A stretch of DNA of 64,000 bases from an uncultured Sphingomonadaceae bacterium (GCA_947499975.1 CANMQE010000005.1:86773-150772); one strand, 5' to 3'; counted from the first letter of the stretch, positions 37,191 to 47,651 are shown. Translations and numbers: made by a program. Notes: generated from the sequence alone by a model not told the origin.

Positions 37191-38440
37191 CAAATTTTGC
37201 CAAGATCGTAACCGGCAGTTTTGCCGCTGCGCTTCTTTCAACCTCGGCCATGGCGCAGGACATTGCGGTGCGCGGGCAGCAGGTGTGGACGATGGGGCCG
37301 CAAGGCGTGATCGAGAACGGCGTGGTGGTGATCGAGGATGGCGAAATTTCCGCCGTCGGCCCTGCCACGACCGTTACGATCCCTGCCGGTATGAGGGTGC
37401 TGGAAGCGCCCATCGTCACGCCGGGACTGGTGGATGCGCACTCCACCGTAGGGTTGACGGGCTATCTCAACCAGCCCGACGATCAGGACCAATTGGACGA
37501 TTCCTCCCCCGTGCAGCCGCATCTGCGCGCCATCGATGCGTATAATCCGCATGATCGCCTGGTGCAGTGGCTGCGCGAACTGGGCATCACCACCGTCCAC
37601 ACCGGGCACGGCCCCGGCGCGCTGGTTTCCGGGCAGACCATGGTGGTGAAGACCGTGGGCAACACCGTGGACGAGGCTCTGGTGGAAGATGGCACGATGG
37701 TGGTCGCCAATCTCGGCAGCTGGGCGCTGGACCGCGAAAGCTCTCCCGGCACGCGCGCGAAACAGATCGCCATGCTGCGCCAGGCCCTGCTCACCGCGCA
37801 AAGCGGCGGCGAGGAATGGGAAGGCGACGAAAACGAGAGCGAGGACGAAGACAAGGACGAGGACGCCGAGCGCGGCAGCCGCAATCTCGTGAACGAGGCG
37901 TTTGAAACGGTGATCCGGGGAGAGCGTCCGCTGCTCGTCACCGCCAATCGCGCGCAGGATATCCAGTCCGCCCTGCGGCTGGCCGATGAATTCGGCATCA
38001 CGGTGATTATCGACGGCGCGGCCGATGCGCACATGATGCTGGACGAATTGCGCGAAGCGGGCGTTTCTGTCGTCCTGCACCCCACGATGGCGCGCAACGA
38101 GGGCGAGCTGGAAAACGCCGCTTTCACCACTGCCAGCGTGCTGGCAGAGGCAGGCATCCCCTTCGCGCTTCAATCGGGATACGAGGCCTATGTGCCCAAA
38201 TCACGCGTGGTGCTGTGGGAAGCGGGCTTTGCTGCGGGCAACGGCCTGCCGCGTGAAAATGCGCTGGCCAGCATCACCATCAATGCTGCCCGCATTATCG
38301 GGATGGACGATCGCATCGGCAGCCTGGAAGTGGGCAAGCATGGCGACGTGGCGTTGTTCAACGGCGATCCCTTCGAATACACCAGCCACGTAACAGGCGT
38401 GGTGATTGAAGGCGTGCAGGTGAGCGACGCAGTACGCTGA
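37187..38440 (+). CDS. secreted amidohydrolase family protein (paralogous partner)
   Basis: ATGA overlap with the previous gene. Signal peptide ending SAMAQ, PGLVDAHSTVG, GSLEVGKHGDVALF, and an acidic insert (ENESEDEDKDEDAE). Confidence 0.8.
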   Translation: MTNFAKIVTGSFAAALLSTSAMAQDIAVRGQQVWTMGPQGVIENGVVVIEDGEISAVGPATTVTIPAGMRVLEAPIVTPGLVDAHSTVGLTGYLNQPDDQDQLDDSSPVQPHLRAIDAYNPHDRLVQWLRELGITTVHTGHGPGALVSGQTMVVKTVGNTVDEALVEDGTMVVANLGSWALDRESSPGTRAKQIAMLRQALLTAQSGGEEWEGDENESEDEDKDEDAERGSRNLVNEAFETVIRGERPLLVTANRAQDIQSALRLADEFGITVIIDGAADAHMMLDELREAGVSVVLHPTMARNEGELENAAFTTASVLAEAGIPFALQSGYEAYVPKSRVVLWEAGFAAGNGLPRENALASITINAARIIGMDDRIGSLEVGKHGDVALFNGDPFEYTSHVTGVVIEGVQVSDAVR

Positions 38441-38460
38441 TCGCCACGCTGCATGAAGCG

Positions 38461-38492
38461 AGGGCCGCTGCGATAATCGCGGCGGCCCTTTC
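38461..38492. terminator. hairpin between convergent amidohydrolase and rimO genes
   Basis: AGGGCCGCTGCGA-taa-TCGCGGCGGCCCT, followed by TTTC. Confidence 0.6.
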
Positions 38493-38504
38493 AAACTCGG
38501 ATAA

Positions 38505-39872
38505 TCAGGGCCTGATCACGCCGAACAGATCGTGCGCGTCGGCATCTTCGACTTCGACATCGACGAAGTTTCCGGGCTGTAGCGTTTCCGGCACGTTGCG
38601 CAGGTACACGGCGCCGTCGATCTCCGGCGCGTCGGCCTGGCTGCGGCCCGTTGCGCCGATGTCGCCGTCCTCGTCCGGCTCTCCCACCTCGTCAATGATA
38701 ACGGGCAGGGTGGTGCCGACCTTGGCGGACAGCTTGGCGGCGCTGATGCGCTCCGTCACTTCCATCACGCGGGCAAAGCGTTCTTCTTTCACCGCTTCGG
38801 GCACGGGATCGGGCAGGGCATTGGCCTGCGCACCTTCCACCGGCTCGAACCGGAAGGCGCCCACGCGGTCAAGCTGGGCCTCTTCGAGCCAATCCAGCAG
38901 ATATTTGAAATCATCTTCCGTCTCGCCGGGGAAGCCGACCACGAAACTGGACCGGATGGCGATCTCGGGACAGATGTCGCGCCACGCCTTCAGGCGTTCC
39001 AGCACCTTGGCTTCGTTGGCCGGGCGCTTCATCGCTTTCAGCACGCTGCGGCTGGCGTGCTGGAACGGAATGTCGAGATAGGGCGTCAGCAGCCCCTCCG
39101 CCATCAGCGGGATGACCTGATCGACGTGGGGATAGGGATAAACATAGTGCAGCCGCACCCACGGAACATCGCCTTCGGTCGTGCGCATCTGGCCCAGTTC
39201 GCGGGCAAGGTCCGTCATGTGGGCGCGGGGCTCGCGCCCATGCCAGGGGCGGGTTTCGTGCCGGGTGTCCACGCCATAGGCGGAGGTATCCTGGCTGATG
39301 ACAAGCAATTCCTTCGTACCGGCGGCCAGCAACTTCTCTGCCTCCCGCAGCACGGCATCGATCCGGCGGCTGGTCAGTTTTCCGCGCAGATCGGGAATGA
39401 TGCAGAAGGCGCAGGAATGGTTGCAGCCCTCCGAAATCTTGAGGTAGCTGTAATGGCGCGGCGTCAGCTTGATGTCGGGCTGCGGTACCAGGTCGATATA
39501 GGGACCCTGGCTTGGCGGGGCGGCTTCGTGCACTGCCTCCACCACGTCCTCGTACTGGTGTGCGCCGGTGATCGCAAGCACCTGCGGGAAGCGGCTGCGG
39601 ATCAGCTCAGCCTCATCACCCATGCAGCCGGTCACGATAACTCGGCCGTTCTCGTTGATCGCCTCGCCAATAGCCTCCAGGCTTTCTTCCTTGGCGGAAT
39701 CGAGGAAGCCGCAGGTGTTCACCAGCACCACGTCTGCCCCGTTGTAATCCGGGCTCATGGCATAGCCATCGGCGCGCAGCCTCGTCAGGATGCGTTCGGA
39801 ATCCACCAGTGCCTTGGGACAGCCGAGGCTGACCATGCCGACTTTTTTCTGCTCGGGTATTTGCGATGCCAT
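38505..39872 (-). CDS. rimO: ribosomal protein S12 methylthiotransferase RimO
   Basis: [20 protein letters not shown], radical-SAM motif CNHSCAFC, and a C-terminal TRAM region. Confidence 0.9.
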   Translation of the reverse strand: MASQIPEQKKVGMVSLGCPKALVDSERILTRLRADGYAMSPDYNGADVVLVNTCGFLDSAKEESLEAIGEAINENGRVIVTGCMGDEAELIRSRFPQVLAITGAHQYEDVVEAVHEAAPPSQGPYIDLVPQPDIKLTPRHYSYLKISEGCNHSCAFCIIPDLRGKLTSRRIDAVLREAEKLLAAGTKELLVISQDTSAYGVDTRHETRPWHGREPRAHMTDLARELGQMRTTEGDVPWVRLHYVYPYPHVDQVIPLMAEGLLTPYLDIPFQHASRSVLKAMKRPANEAKVLERLKAWRDICPEIAIRSSFVVGFPGETEDDFKYLLDWLEEAQLDRVGAFRFEPVEGAQANALPDPVPEAVKEERFARVMEVTERISAAKLSAKVGTTLPVIIDEVGEPDEDGDIGATGRSQADAPEIDGAVYLRNVPETLQPGNFVDVEVEDADAHDLFGVIRP

Positions 39873-39945
39873 GATGGCCGCGCCCCTACACCCGATTGCC
39901 GCTTTGGGCTAGAGTGCGCGAGGGCCGCGTTTCGGGAGATGGATT

Positions 39946-40362
39946 ATGGGCAATGTAAACATGCTGGCCGTGGTGCTGGGCACGCTGGCTTTCTTCGTCA
40001 TCGGCGCCATCTGGTATGGCCCGCTGTTCGGCAGGCAGTGGCGCGAACTCACCGGGATTACGGAAGAAACGGTGAAGGCAGGGCCACAGCCGGGGCAGAA
40101 GCCCGTCTGGCTGATCATGCTGCTGGCGTTCCTGCTGGAAATGGTGGTGGTGCTGATGCTGGGCCACAACATCGCCCGCACCAATCCCGCACCGCATGTG
40201 ATCATGATGATGGCGGTGGGCTTTGGCGCGCTGATCATGACACCGGCGCTGGGCATCAATTACCTGTTCCAGATGCGGCCCGGCAAACTGTTCGCGATAG
40301 ATGCCGCGCATTTCATCGTGGGCATGGCCGCCGTGGGCGGGGTGTTCATCGCCCTGAGCTAG
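39946..40362 (+). CDS. DUF1761-like membrane protein
   Basis: NMLAVVLGTLAFFVIGAIWYGPLFGRQW resembles the DUF1761 N-terminus (from memory). 4 TM helices. Confidence 0.6.
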   Translation: MGNVNMLAVVLGTLAFFVIGAIWYGPLFGRQWRELTGITEETVKAGPQPGQKPVWLIMLLAFLLEMVVVLMLGHNIARTNPAPHVIMMMAVGFGALIMTPALGINYLFQMRPGKLFAIDAAHFIVGMAAVGGVFIALS

Positions 40363-40366
40363 GCAC

Positions 40367-41449
40367 TCAGTCCTCGTCCTCGACCTCGGACAGCTTCTCG
40401 TCGCTGTCCGACGGGCGGATCTCCACGATGATGTCGCCTGCCTGCAGGCATTCGGCCTCGTGCTCCCAGAAGCCGCAGGCGACGCCGTTTCGGTAGATCC
40501 GCAATCCGCGTCCGCCTTCGCAAGCATCGGTCAGCGTTTTGCCGATCTCGTCCTGCCGCACTTCGCGTTCCACCAGTTGCACGCGCCCGGTGATGGAGGC
40601 GAGATCGCCCAGATAATCCGCGATGTGAGCGCCGCGCGCGCTGCCTGCCAGCAGCAGGCCGGTGAAGCGCACCGGATTGATCACATTGTCCGCACCCGCC
40701 TGGCGCGCCAGCAATTCGTTGTCGGCAGCGCGCACCACCACGCTGATCGGGACCTTGGGCGCGAGATGGCGCACGGTAAGCACGATCAGGATCGAAGAAT
40801 CATCGCGGCCTGCCGAGACGAGCACGGTCTGCGCCTGCGTGATGCGAACAGCCTCGAGATTCTCGTCGCGCGTTGCATCCGCCTCGATCACGTTGCAGCC
40901 CAGCGCCTCTGCCGATTCGAGGCGCTCTATATCCTGGTCCATCACCACGATGCAGGCAGGATCGGAGCCACGTTCGATAAGTTCGCCCACGGCTTCCGCC
41001 CCGGAAACGCCGAAGCCTAGCACCACGACATGGTCGGAAAGCTGGTCCTGAATACGGGCCATGCGAAACTTCTCCCAGCTACGCTTGATAAGGAAATTGT
41101 AGGCCGTGCCCACGAAAATGAACAGCACGGCAAAGCGTACCGGCGTCACGATCAGGGCTTCGACCAGGCGGGCTTGATCGCTGATCGGTGCGATATCGCC
41201 AAAGCCGGTGGTGGTGATCGAGATCATCGTGAAATAGATCACGTCGAGGAAGCTGACGTGCCCGTCGAGATTGTCGACCAGCCCCTCGCGGTCCCACCAG
41301 TGGATCATCACCACGATGAAAATCAGGAATACCGCCAGCCCCAGCCGGATGAACAGATCGCCCCAGACAGGGATGTTCACCGCGCGCCGCAAGGGGGCAA
41401 ACCGGCGCTTGCCAACCTTGCGCAATTCCCTCGTATGAGAGCGTGCCAC
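40367..41449 (-). CDS. potassium channel protein with RCK/TrkA-N domain
   Basis: Selectivity filter TTTGFGD, followed by a Rossmann-like VVVLGFGVSGAE. Confidence 0.8.
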   Translation of the reverse strand: MARSHTRELRKVGKRRFAPLRRAVNIPVWGDLFIRLGLAVFLIFIVVMIHWWDREGLVDNLDGHVSFLDVIYFTMISITTTGFGDIAPISDQARLVEALIVTPVRFAVLFIFVGTAYNFLIKRSWEKFRMARIQDQLSDHVVVLGFGVSGAEAVGELIERGSDPACIVVMDQDIERLESAEALGCNVIEADATRDENLEAVRITQAQTVLVSAGRDDSSILIVLTVRHLAPKVPISVVVRAADNELLARQAGADNVINPVRFTGLLLAGSARGAHIADYLGDLASITGRVQLVEREVRQDEIGKTLTDACEGGRGLRIYRNGVACGFWEHEAECLQAGDIIVEIRPSDSDEKLSEVEDED

Positions 41450-41466
41450 GCGTCAGCCCTGCCGCA

Positions 41467-42222
41467 TCATGAAGCGAACCTGCTGGCCAGCCGGTCGATG
41501 GCGGAATGGTGGGTAAGGTCGAGCTGAAGGGGCGTGACGGCGATGTAGCCATCCTCCACCGCTTCCAGATCGGTGCCGTGATCCAGCGTATGTTCGGCAT
41601 CCTGCAGGCCGAACCAGTAATACTTGCGACCGCGCGGATCGGTGCCCTCCGCCAGCGAACCGCGTGCGTAATCGTGAAAGCCCTGCCGCGTTACGCGGAT
41701 GCCGCCCACCTTGTCAGCAGGCAGGGCAGGGAAGTTCACGTTCACCAGCGTGCGCTTCGCCATCTGCATGTCGATCAGCGGGGCCAGCACCTTGGCACCC
41801 CACTTCGTGGCCGCCTCGAAGCCCGCGCCGCTGTCACGAAACGCCTGGCTGAGGCCGATGGCGGGGATGCCCGCCAGTGCCGCTTCCATCGCGGCGGAAA
41901 TGGTGCCGGAATAGGTGATGTCATCGCCCAGGTTCTCGCCCGCGTTGACGCCAGACAGCACCAGGTCGGGGCGCTTGTCCGCAAACAGTTTGCGCAAGGC
42001 CAGATTGACCGAATCGGTGGGCGTTCCGGTAACGCTGTAGCGCCTGTCGCCATGTTCACGCAGGCGAACGGGGTGGTGCAGGGTCAGCGAATGTCCAGCG
42101 CCGGATTGTTCTTCCGCCGGGGCGCAAATCCACACATCGTCCGACAGCTGACGGGCAATCTCCTCCAGCACGGTGAGGCCGGGGGCGTGAATGCCATCGT
42201 CATTGGTAAGGAGAATGCGCAT
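41467..42222 (-). CDS. surE: 5'/3'-nucleotidase SurE
   Basis: MRILLTNDDGIHAPG, SGAGHS and GTPTDSV. Confidence 0.9.
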   Translation of the reverse strand: MRILLTNDDGIHAPGLTVLEEIARQLSDDVWICAPAEEQSGAGHSLTLHHPVRLREHGDRRYSVTGTPTDSVNLALRKLFADKRPDLVLSGVNAGENLGDDITYSGTISAAMEAALAGIPAIGLSQAFRDSGAGFEAATKWGAKVLAPLIDMQMAKRTLVNVNFPALPADKVGGIRVTRQGFHDYARGSLAEGTDPRGRKYYWFGLQDAEHTLDHGTDLEAVEDGYIAVTPLQLDLTHHSAIDRLASRFAS

Positions 42223-42225
42223 GAA

Positions 42226-43506
42226 TCAGGCAGGTACCAGCTTTTCGATCCCGCCCATATAGGGCTTCAGAACTTCGGGCACGATTACCGAGCCATCGGC
42301 CTGCTGATAATTCTCCAGCACCGCCACCAGCGTGCGGCCCACGGCGAGGCCCGATCCGTTCAGCGTATGGACGAAATCGGTCTTCTTCCCGCCGTTTTCT
42401 GGCCGATACCGGGTGTTCATGCGCCGCGCCTGGAAATCGCCGCACCAGCTGATGGAACTGATCTCGCGATAGGCGTCCTGCCCCGGCAGCCAGACTTCCA
42501 GATCGAAGGTCTTGCGCGCGCCAAAGCCCATGTCGCCCGTGCACAGCAGCACTTTCTGGAACGGCAGTTCCAGCGCCTTCAGCACGCTTTCGGCACTTTC
42601 CACCATGTGCTCATGCTCTGCGTGCGCATCCTCGGGGCGGCAGATGGACACCAGCTCCACCTTGTCGAACTGGTGCTGCCGGATGAAACCGCGGGTATCC
42701 TTGCCAGCGGCGCCTGCCTCGCTGCGGAAACACGGGGTGAGGGCAGTAAGCCGGATGGGCACGGAAAGATCCTCGATGATCTGCTCGCGCACCGAATTGG
42801 TCAGCGACACCTCGGCCGTCGGGATCAGCCAGCGGCCATCGGTCGTCTGGAACAGGTCCTCTGCAAATTTCGGCAGCTGGCCGGTGCCGAAAACGGCCTC
42901 GTCCCGCACCAGCAGCGGCGGCGCGCATTCGGTATAGCCGTTCTCGCCCGCCTGGTGGTTCAGCATGAATTGCGCGAGGGCCCTGTTCAACCGCGCCATC
43001 TGCCCGCGCAGGAAGGTAAATCGGGCGCCCGACATCTTCGTGGCGGTTTCGAAATCCATGCCCAGCGCGGGGCCGATATCGGCATGTTCGCGCGGGGTGA
43101 AATCGAAGGAGTGCGGCGCCGTCCACCGGCCCACATGCTGGTTGTCGCTCTCGTCCGCGCCCTCGGGCACGCCATCTGCGGGTAGATTGGGGATCGCCGC
43201 CAGCGCATTATTAAGTGTAAGGGCAATCTCGCGTTCCTCTTCCTCGAGCCGCGGCATGGTCTGCTTGATTTCGGCCACTTCGGCCTTCAGCGCCTCGGCC
43301 CTGTCCGTGTCGCCCTGGCCCATGGCCTGTCCGATCGCCTTGGAGGCTTCGTTGCGGCGACTCTGCGCCTCCTGCAACTTCGTGGTCAGCGCACGGCGGC
43401 GCTCGTCCAGCGCCAGCAATTCGTCCGCCACGGGGGCCGCGCCGCGCTTCGCCAGCGCTGCATCGAAGGCTTCGGGATTCTCTCGTATCATTCGCAAGTC
43501 GTGCAT
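42226..43506 (-). CDS. serS: seryl-tRNA synthetase
   Basis: N-terminal coiled coil plus class II motifs: [34 protein letters not shown]. Confidence 0.95.
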   Translation of the reverse strand: MHDLRMIRENPEAFDAALAKRGAAPVADELLALDERRRALTTKLQEAQSRRNEASKAIGQAMGQGDTDRAEALKAEVAEIKQTMPRLEEEEREIALTLNNALAAIPNLPADGVPEGADESDNQHVGRWTAPHSFDFTPREHADIGPALGMDFETATKMSGARFTFLRGQMARLNRALAQFMLNHQAGENGYTECAPPLLVRDEAVFGTGQLPKFAEDLFQTTDGRWLIPTAEVSLTNSVREQIIEDLSVPIRLTALTPCFRSEAGAAGKDTRGFIRQHQFDKVELVSICRPEDAHAEHEHMVESAESVLKALELPFQKVLLCTGDMGFGARKTFDLEVWLPGQDAYREISSISWCGDFQARRMNTRYRPENGGKKTDFVHTLNGSGLAVGRTLVAVLENYQQADGSVIVPEVLKPYMGGIEKLVPA

Positions 43507-43712
43507 GGGCGCGGGCTATGCCCCGCCAGCTTGCCGCTTGTCCAGCATGGATGCATCCCGCATGTGCAAGCGGGAACCTTTGCCAGCCTGCCGCACTGAA
43601 AATACCACGCGCTGACCATCCACGGGGGCAAGGATTGCTGGACAAGACCATCAAGGAACCCCCTCAGCGCACCCGCTTCGTCGATATCGTTCAGGGCTTC
43701 ACGAAACTGGCG

Positions 43713-44909
43713 ATGCGCGCCGGGATGATGCAGCCCGCCAGCTTCGACATGCACGAACTGCTGCAGAAGGCGCAGCAAAGCGCGGGCTCCAACGATTTTG
43801 GCGATCCGTGGTTTCGGCAGCCTCTCGCGGTGCTGCTGCAATCGCTGGAAGAAGAGGCGAATCTGCACGAGGCCGGCGCATTCGTGGCGATGAAACAGTG
43901 CGAGAAGGTGCTTGAGGACAGGCTGCGTGCGCAGCAGTGGTTTGAAAGACACCCGGAAATCCTGGGGCGGCCCCTTCGCAGCTCGGTGTTCATCGTTGGC
44001 CCCATGCGCTCTGGCACCACGCGCCTGCACCGCCTGCTGGCGGCAGACCGGCGCTTTGCCCACATGCGCAGTTTTGAAACGATCAGCCCGGTTCCCCATC
44101 CCGGCTTCACCCATGGTGGCCACGATCCGCGCATTACTTTGGCCCGCCGTGTGCGAAAGGTGGCCGACCTCGCCAACCCGCATACGCTGGCCATCCATCC
44201 GACGGGGCCGATGCAGCCTGAGGAGGAGCTTGGCCTCCTGGTCAATTCCTTCTGGGGCATGAAGCACGAGGCGCAATGGCACGTGCCGGGATATGGCCGC
44301 TGGTGCGAGGCGCAGGATGCGACGCCCGCCTACCGGCAGATGGCCCGCCTACTGCAGTTGATCGGCTGGTCGCAGCAGACGAGTTCACTGAAGCCCTGGG
44401 TGCTCAAGACGCCGCAGCATATGCTGGACCTCGATGCCCTGCTGAAGGTGTTTCCCGATGCCCGCTTCATCTTCACCCACCGCGATCCGCTGCGCGTGGT
44501 GGCAAGCTCCGCCTCGCTGGCGTGGAACCAGACCTGCATCTATTCCGACCATGCCGATCCGCATCGGGTTGGCCGCGAATGGCTGCGCAAGACGCGCCTG
44601 CAGGTCGACAGGATGCAGAGCGCCCGCAGACAGATCGCGCCCGACCGCGTGATCGATGTGCATTACGAGGATATGGATGCCGACTGGCGCAGCGCGATGT
44701 CGGGTATCTATGATTTTCTGGATCTCGATATCGAACCGGCGCAGCCCGCGATGGTGGGATACTACAACTCGGCCACCGCTATGAAACGCAAACCGCATCG
44801 CTACAGCCTGACGGAATTCGGTCTTTCGGAAGATACCGTGATGGGCGAACTGGGCCAATACGCGCGCAAATTCGAAGTGCCGCAGGAAACCCACACGGCA
44901 TCGCGCTGA
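43713..44909 (+). CDS. sulfotransferase family protein
   Basis: ORF 43518..44909 trimmed to ATG 43713, because the longer form would leave only 11 bp to the divergent serS start. PAPS-type motif FIVGPMRSGTTRLHRLL, plus FTHRDPLRVVASSASL. Confidence 0.7.
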   Translation: MRAGMMQPASFDMHELLQKAQQSAGSNDFGDPWFRQPLAVLLQSLEEEANLHEAGAFVAMKQCEKVLEDRLRAQQWFERHPEILGRPLRSSVFIVGPMRSGTTRLHRLLAADRRFAHMRSFETISPVPHPGFTHGGHDPRITLARRVRKVADLANPHTLAIHPTGPMQPEEELGLLVNSFWGMKHEAQWHVPGYGRWCEAQDATPAYRQMARLLQLIGWSQQTSSLKPWVLKTPQHMLDLDALLKVFPDARFIFTHRDPLRVVASSASLAWNQTCIYSDHADPHRVGREWLRKTRLQVDRMQSARRQIAPDRVIDVHYEDMDADWRSAMSGIYDFLDLDIEPAQPAMVGYYNSATAMKRKPHRYSLTEFGLSEDTVMGELGQYARKFEVPQETHTASR

Positions 44910-44931
44910 AGCTCGATTTTACAATAGAAGA

Positions 44932-44983
44932 TGGTGGGCGCGGCAAGGATTGAACTTGCGACCCCACCCGTGTGAAGGGTGGG
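44932..44983 (-). tRNA. tRNA-Val(CAC) 3' portion only (anticodon arm, variable loop, T arm, acceptor 3' strand, CCA); att-site remnant
   Basis: Minus strand reads CACCC-TTCACAC-GGGTG GGGTC GCAAG-TTCAATC-CTTGC CGCGCCC A CCA. The acceptor partner GGGCGCG and a D arm are absent from the following ~100 nt. Confidence 0.7.
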
Positions 44984-45114
44984 AATAACGGGAATCTACG
45001 GTTTTCGAAAAGCAAAAAAGCTAATAAAAACAAGGTTTGGTGCTCGTCGGTGTTCGCCACTGTCCAGCCAAGTTTTTCATGTTTTTTTCATGGATTTTAG
45101 GATAGCGATTCCGA

Positions 45115-46290
45115 ATGCCAGATTTGAGCCGTATCGGGGATCGTGAAAAGTTGAAACCAAGAGCGGGCGATGAACCGCATTGGCATCGTCTACGCCAAGG
45201 CGTCTACCTCGGTTATCGGCCATCGAAGAAGACGGCTGGCGGTACGTGGTTCGCCAGGTTCTATGATGCGGATAATAATCGCAATAAGCGAAAGCGACTC
45301 GGCGATTACGGCACCCTGTCAGGTCATGATGTCTTTAAGCAGGCGAAGACTGACGCAGAGGTATGGGCTGCCACCGTCGAATCTGGCGGCGAACTTGCCC
45401 GCAGCATGGTGACGGTGAGGGATGCCTGCGAAGCTTACCTGGAGCAAAAGCCCGGATCGATTGCCGAAGGCGTTTTTCGACGGCATGTCTATTCCGATCC
45501 CATCGCCAAGGTGAAGCTCGAAAAACTGCGCCGACACCATTTGCGGAGTTGGCGCAAGCGACTGGAACAGGCGCCCGCATTGCTCAGTCGGAGCAAAACT
45601 GGAGAGAAGCGATGGAAGGAACGAGCTAAGTCGACCGTCAACCGGGATATGGTTCCGTTGCGGGCAGCACTAAGGCAAGTTCTGGAGCCCGGTAGACCAG
45701 GCAGTGATGCCGCTTGGCAAGAAGCGTTAAGACCCTTCAAGGGCGCCGGCAAGCCTCGTGATCTCTTTCTGGACCGGGTTGAGCGCAAGCGGTTAATCGA
45801 TGCCGTCAGCGATGAGGCGCGACCTTTCGTGAAGGGGCTATGTTTGTTGCCACTTCGGCCCGGTGCGCTCGCAGCTCTGACTGCGCGCGAATTTGATCAG
45901 CGCACCCGTTCCTTGATCGTTGGCAAAGACAAGAATGATAGGTCACGTCAGATTTCCCTGCCCAAAGACACGGCAGATTTCTTCGCCGAACAAGTCGAGC
46001 AAAAGCCACCCGCCTCTTACATCTTTGTTCGATCGAGCGGTAAGGCTTGGGCTAAGGACTCATGGAAGCGCCCTATCAAAGAGGCGACCAAAGCAGCCAA
46101 TCTACCGATTGCCGTGTGTGCCTATACGCTTCGACATAGCGTCATTACGGACCTGGTCCGCGCTGGCCTTCCTATACTCACTGTTGCACAGTTATCGGGT
46201 ACGAGCGTCGCCATGATCGAGAAGCATTATGGGCACCTAGTGCAGGATGATTCAGAGGATGCACTGTCTACGCTCGTGCTTGAAGAGTAG
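45115..46290 (+). CDS. int: tyrosine-type site-specific integrase
   Basis: Arm-binding-like N-terminus (KLKPRAGDEPHWHRLRQGVYLGYRPSKKTAGGTWFARFYD). Catalytic region LLPLRPGAL, YTLRHSVITDL and MIEKHYGHL (R..HxxR..Y). Confidence 0.85.
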   Translation: MPDLSRIGDREKLKPRAGDEPHWHRLRQGVYLGYRPSKKTAGGTWFARFYDADNNRNKRKRLGDYGTLSGHDVFKQAKTDAEVWAATVESGGELARSMVTVRDACEAYLEQKPGSIAEGVFRRHVYSDPIAKVKLEKLRRHHLRSWRKRLEQAPALLSRSKTGEKRWKERAKSTVNRDMVPLRAALRQVLEPGRPGSDAAWQEALRPFKGAGKPRDLFLDRVERKRLIDAVSDEARPFVKGLCLLPLRPGALAALTAREFDQRTRSLIVGKDKNDRSRQISLPKDTADFFAEQVEQKPPASYIFVRSSGKAWAKDSWKRPIKEATKAANLPIAVCAYTLRHSVITDLVRAGLPILTVAQLSGTSVAMIEKHYGHLVQDDSEDALSTLVLEE

Positions 46291-46567
46291 ACTAGCTGTA
46301 TCGAACTTCGCGTGAATGATCGTCGTCGTAACCCATTGACAATGAGCAAACCTTGTGCGGAGCCTCGGCTAGAATTCGCTGTCAGCGCAATCGAATCCGG
46401 CGGAGGGATTCGAATGATAAATTTAACCCGCTAAGACTGTGAGTTGGGCTACGGATGCTCTGGAATTGTACCTCGTATAGCAACCCGCATTCCTTCTCCG
46501 CCTCGTTGCGTCCGATGCAATTGTAGGGTCTGCTGTGCGCCGCAAACTGACTTCCGTGACGTCTCCA

Positions 46568-46963
46568 TCACCGCAATGGCCGCGCCAAACTTTCGACGAT
46601 CCGACATTCACCAATGCGGTCTGCCTGGCATGATCGCAGCATGTGCTGGAGTTCGTCTTGCAATGACGTCAGATCGGCGATCTTGCGCGTGACCTCGCCC
46701 AACTGGCGCTGGACGAGCTGGTCCACATCGCGGCATGGTTTGTCTTCGTGGTCAGACAGGGCGAGCAGTTCACGCACTTGGGCCATCGTGAACCCTAGCG
46801 CCCGGGCGCGTCGCACGAATATGAGCGTTGCGAGATGCTCGTCAGAATAGTCACGATAGTTGCTGTCTGTTCGGTCCGCCGCAGGCAGGATCCCTTCCCG
46901 CTCGTAGTAGCGGATGGTTTCCGCCTTGGTGCCGGTTGCTTTCGCCAGTTCGCCGATACGCAT
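46568..46963 (-). CDS. MerR-family metal-responsive regulator (CadR/ZntR/PbrR-like Cys pattern)
   Basis: MRIGELAKATGTKAETIRYYEREGIL HTH. A Cys at KPCRDV and a C-terminal SCQADRIGEC (C-x8-C). Confidence 0.85.
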   Translation of the reverse strand: MRIGELAKATGTKAETIRYYEREGILPAADRTDSNYRDYSDEHLATLIFVRRARALGFTMAQVRELLALSDHEDKPCRDVDQLVQRQLGEVTRKIADLTSLQDELQHMLRSCQADRIGECRIVESLARPLR

Positions 46964-46966
46964 CAC

Positions 46967-46998
46967 TTGACCTTGTAGTTACTACAAGGTGCATATGT
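46967..46998 (+). promoter_or_regulatory. MerR-type promoter/operator for the CDF gene
   Basis: TTGACC (-35), then the perfect palindrome ACCTTGTAG-TTA-CTACAAGGT (46970-46990) inside a 19-20 nt spacer, followed by CATATGT. This is typical MerR-activated promoter geometry. Confidence 0.75.
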
Positions 46999-47030
46999 CC
47001 TTGCGACTCGAACGTTGCAAGGAGAGCGGC

Positions 47031-47651
47031 ATGGGAAAATCCTGCTGTCAGACCCCAGAAACCGACCAGAGCGCGAATAACAATCCGCGGTGGAGGATGA
47101 TCCTGTGGATCGCCCTGATAGCGAACGCTGCGATGTTCGTGGTCGAGATTGTCGCTGGTATTGCGGCTGACTCCCGAGCGCTTCAAGCCGATGCGCTCGA
47201 CTTTTTCGGCGATGCAGCCAACTATGCGATCAGTCTCGGTGTTGCTGGCATGGCGCTTTCCTGGCGAGCGCGGGCTGCACTATTCAAAGCGGCGACGATG
47301 TTTGCCTTCGGTCTCTGGGTCATTGGTTATGCGGTCTATGGTCTCGCCGTTGGCTCTAGTCCCGAACCGCAGACGATGGGTTTGATCGGAACGCTGGCGC
47401 TGCTGGTGAATGCAGCGGTTGCGCTGCTGCTGTTCCGCTATCGCGAAGGCGATGCGAACATGCGCTCCGTCTGGATCTGCTCGCGCAATGACGCGATCGG
47501 CAATCTCGCCGTTCTTGCCGCCGCACTGGGCGTGTTCGGCACCGGTCAGGCTTGGCCTGATCTGCTTGTCGCCGGGATTATGGCGAGCCTCGCGATTTGG
47601 GGGAGCAGCGAAGTATTCACACAGGCGCGTCAGGAATTGGCGCATGATTGA
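47031..47651 (+). CDS. short cation-diffusion-facilitator-like transporter (membrane domain only)
   Basis: ATG 47031 is preceded by AAGGAGAG. 6 TM helices with DFFGD in TM2 and NDAIGN in TM5. The protein ends about 15 aa after TM6, so there is no cytoplasmic C-terminal domain. Confidence 0.7.
   Translation: MGKSCCQTPETDQSANNNPRWRMILWIALIANAAMFVVEIVAGIAADSRALQADALDFFGDAANYAISLGVAGMALSWRARAALFKAATMFAFGLWVIGYAVYGLAVGSSPEPQTMGLIGTLALLVNAAVALLLFRYREGDANMRSVWICSRNDAIGNLAVLAAALGVFGTGQAWPDLLVAGIMASLAIWGSSEVFTQARQELAHD

Noticed and set aside
41506-43185. 559-aa plus-strand ORF opposite surE/serS
   Set aside because: Antisense shadow. surE and serS are unambiguous.
43518-43712. Upstream extension of the sulfotransferase ORF
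   Set aside because: It would leave only 11 bp for two divergent promoters with serS, and the extension is Cys/Pro/Ala-rich noise. The internal ATG at 43713 is preferred, though not proven.
44984-45060. Possibility that a complete tRNA-Val gene is present
   Set aside because: The required acceptor 5' strand GGGCGCG and a D arm (TAGCTCAG-like) are not found in the ~100 nt beyond the anticodon stem. Only the 3' part is tRNA-like.
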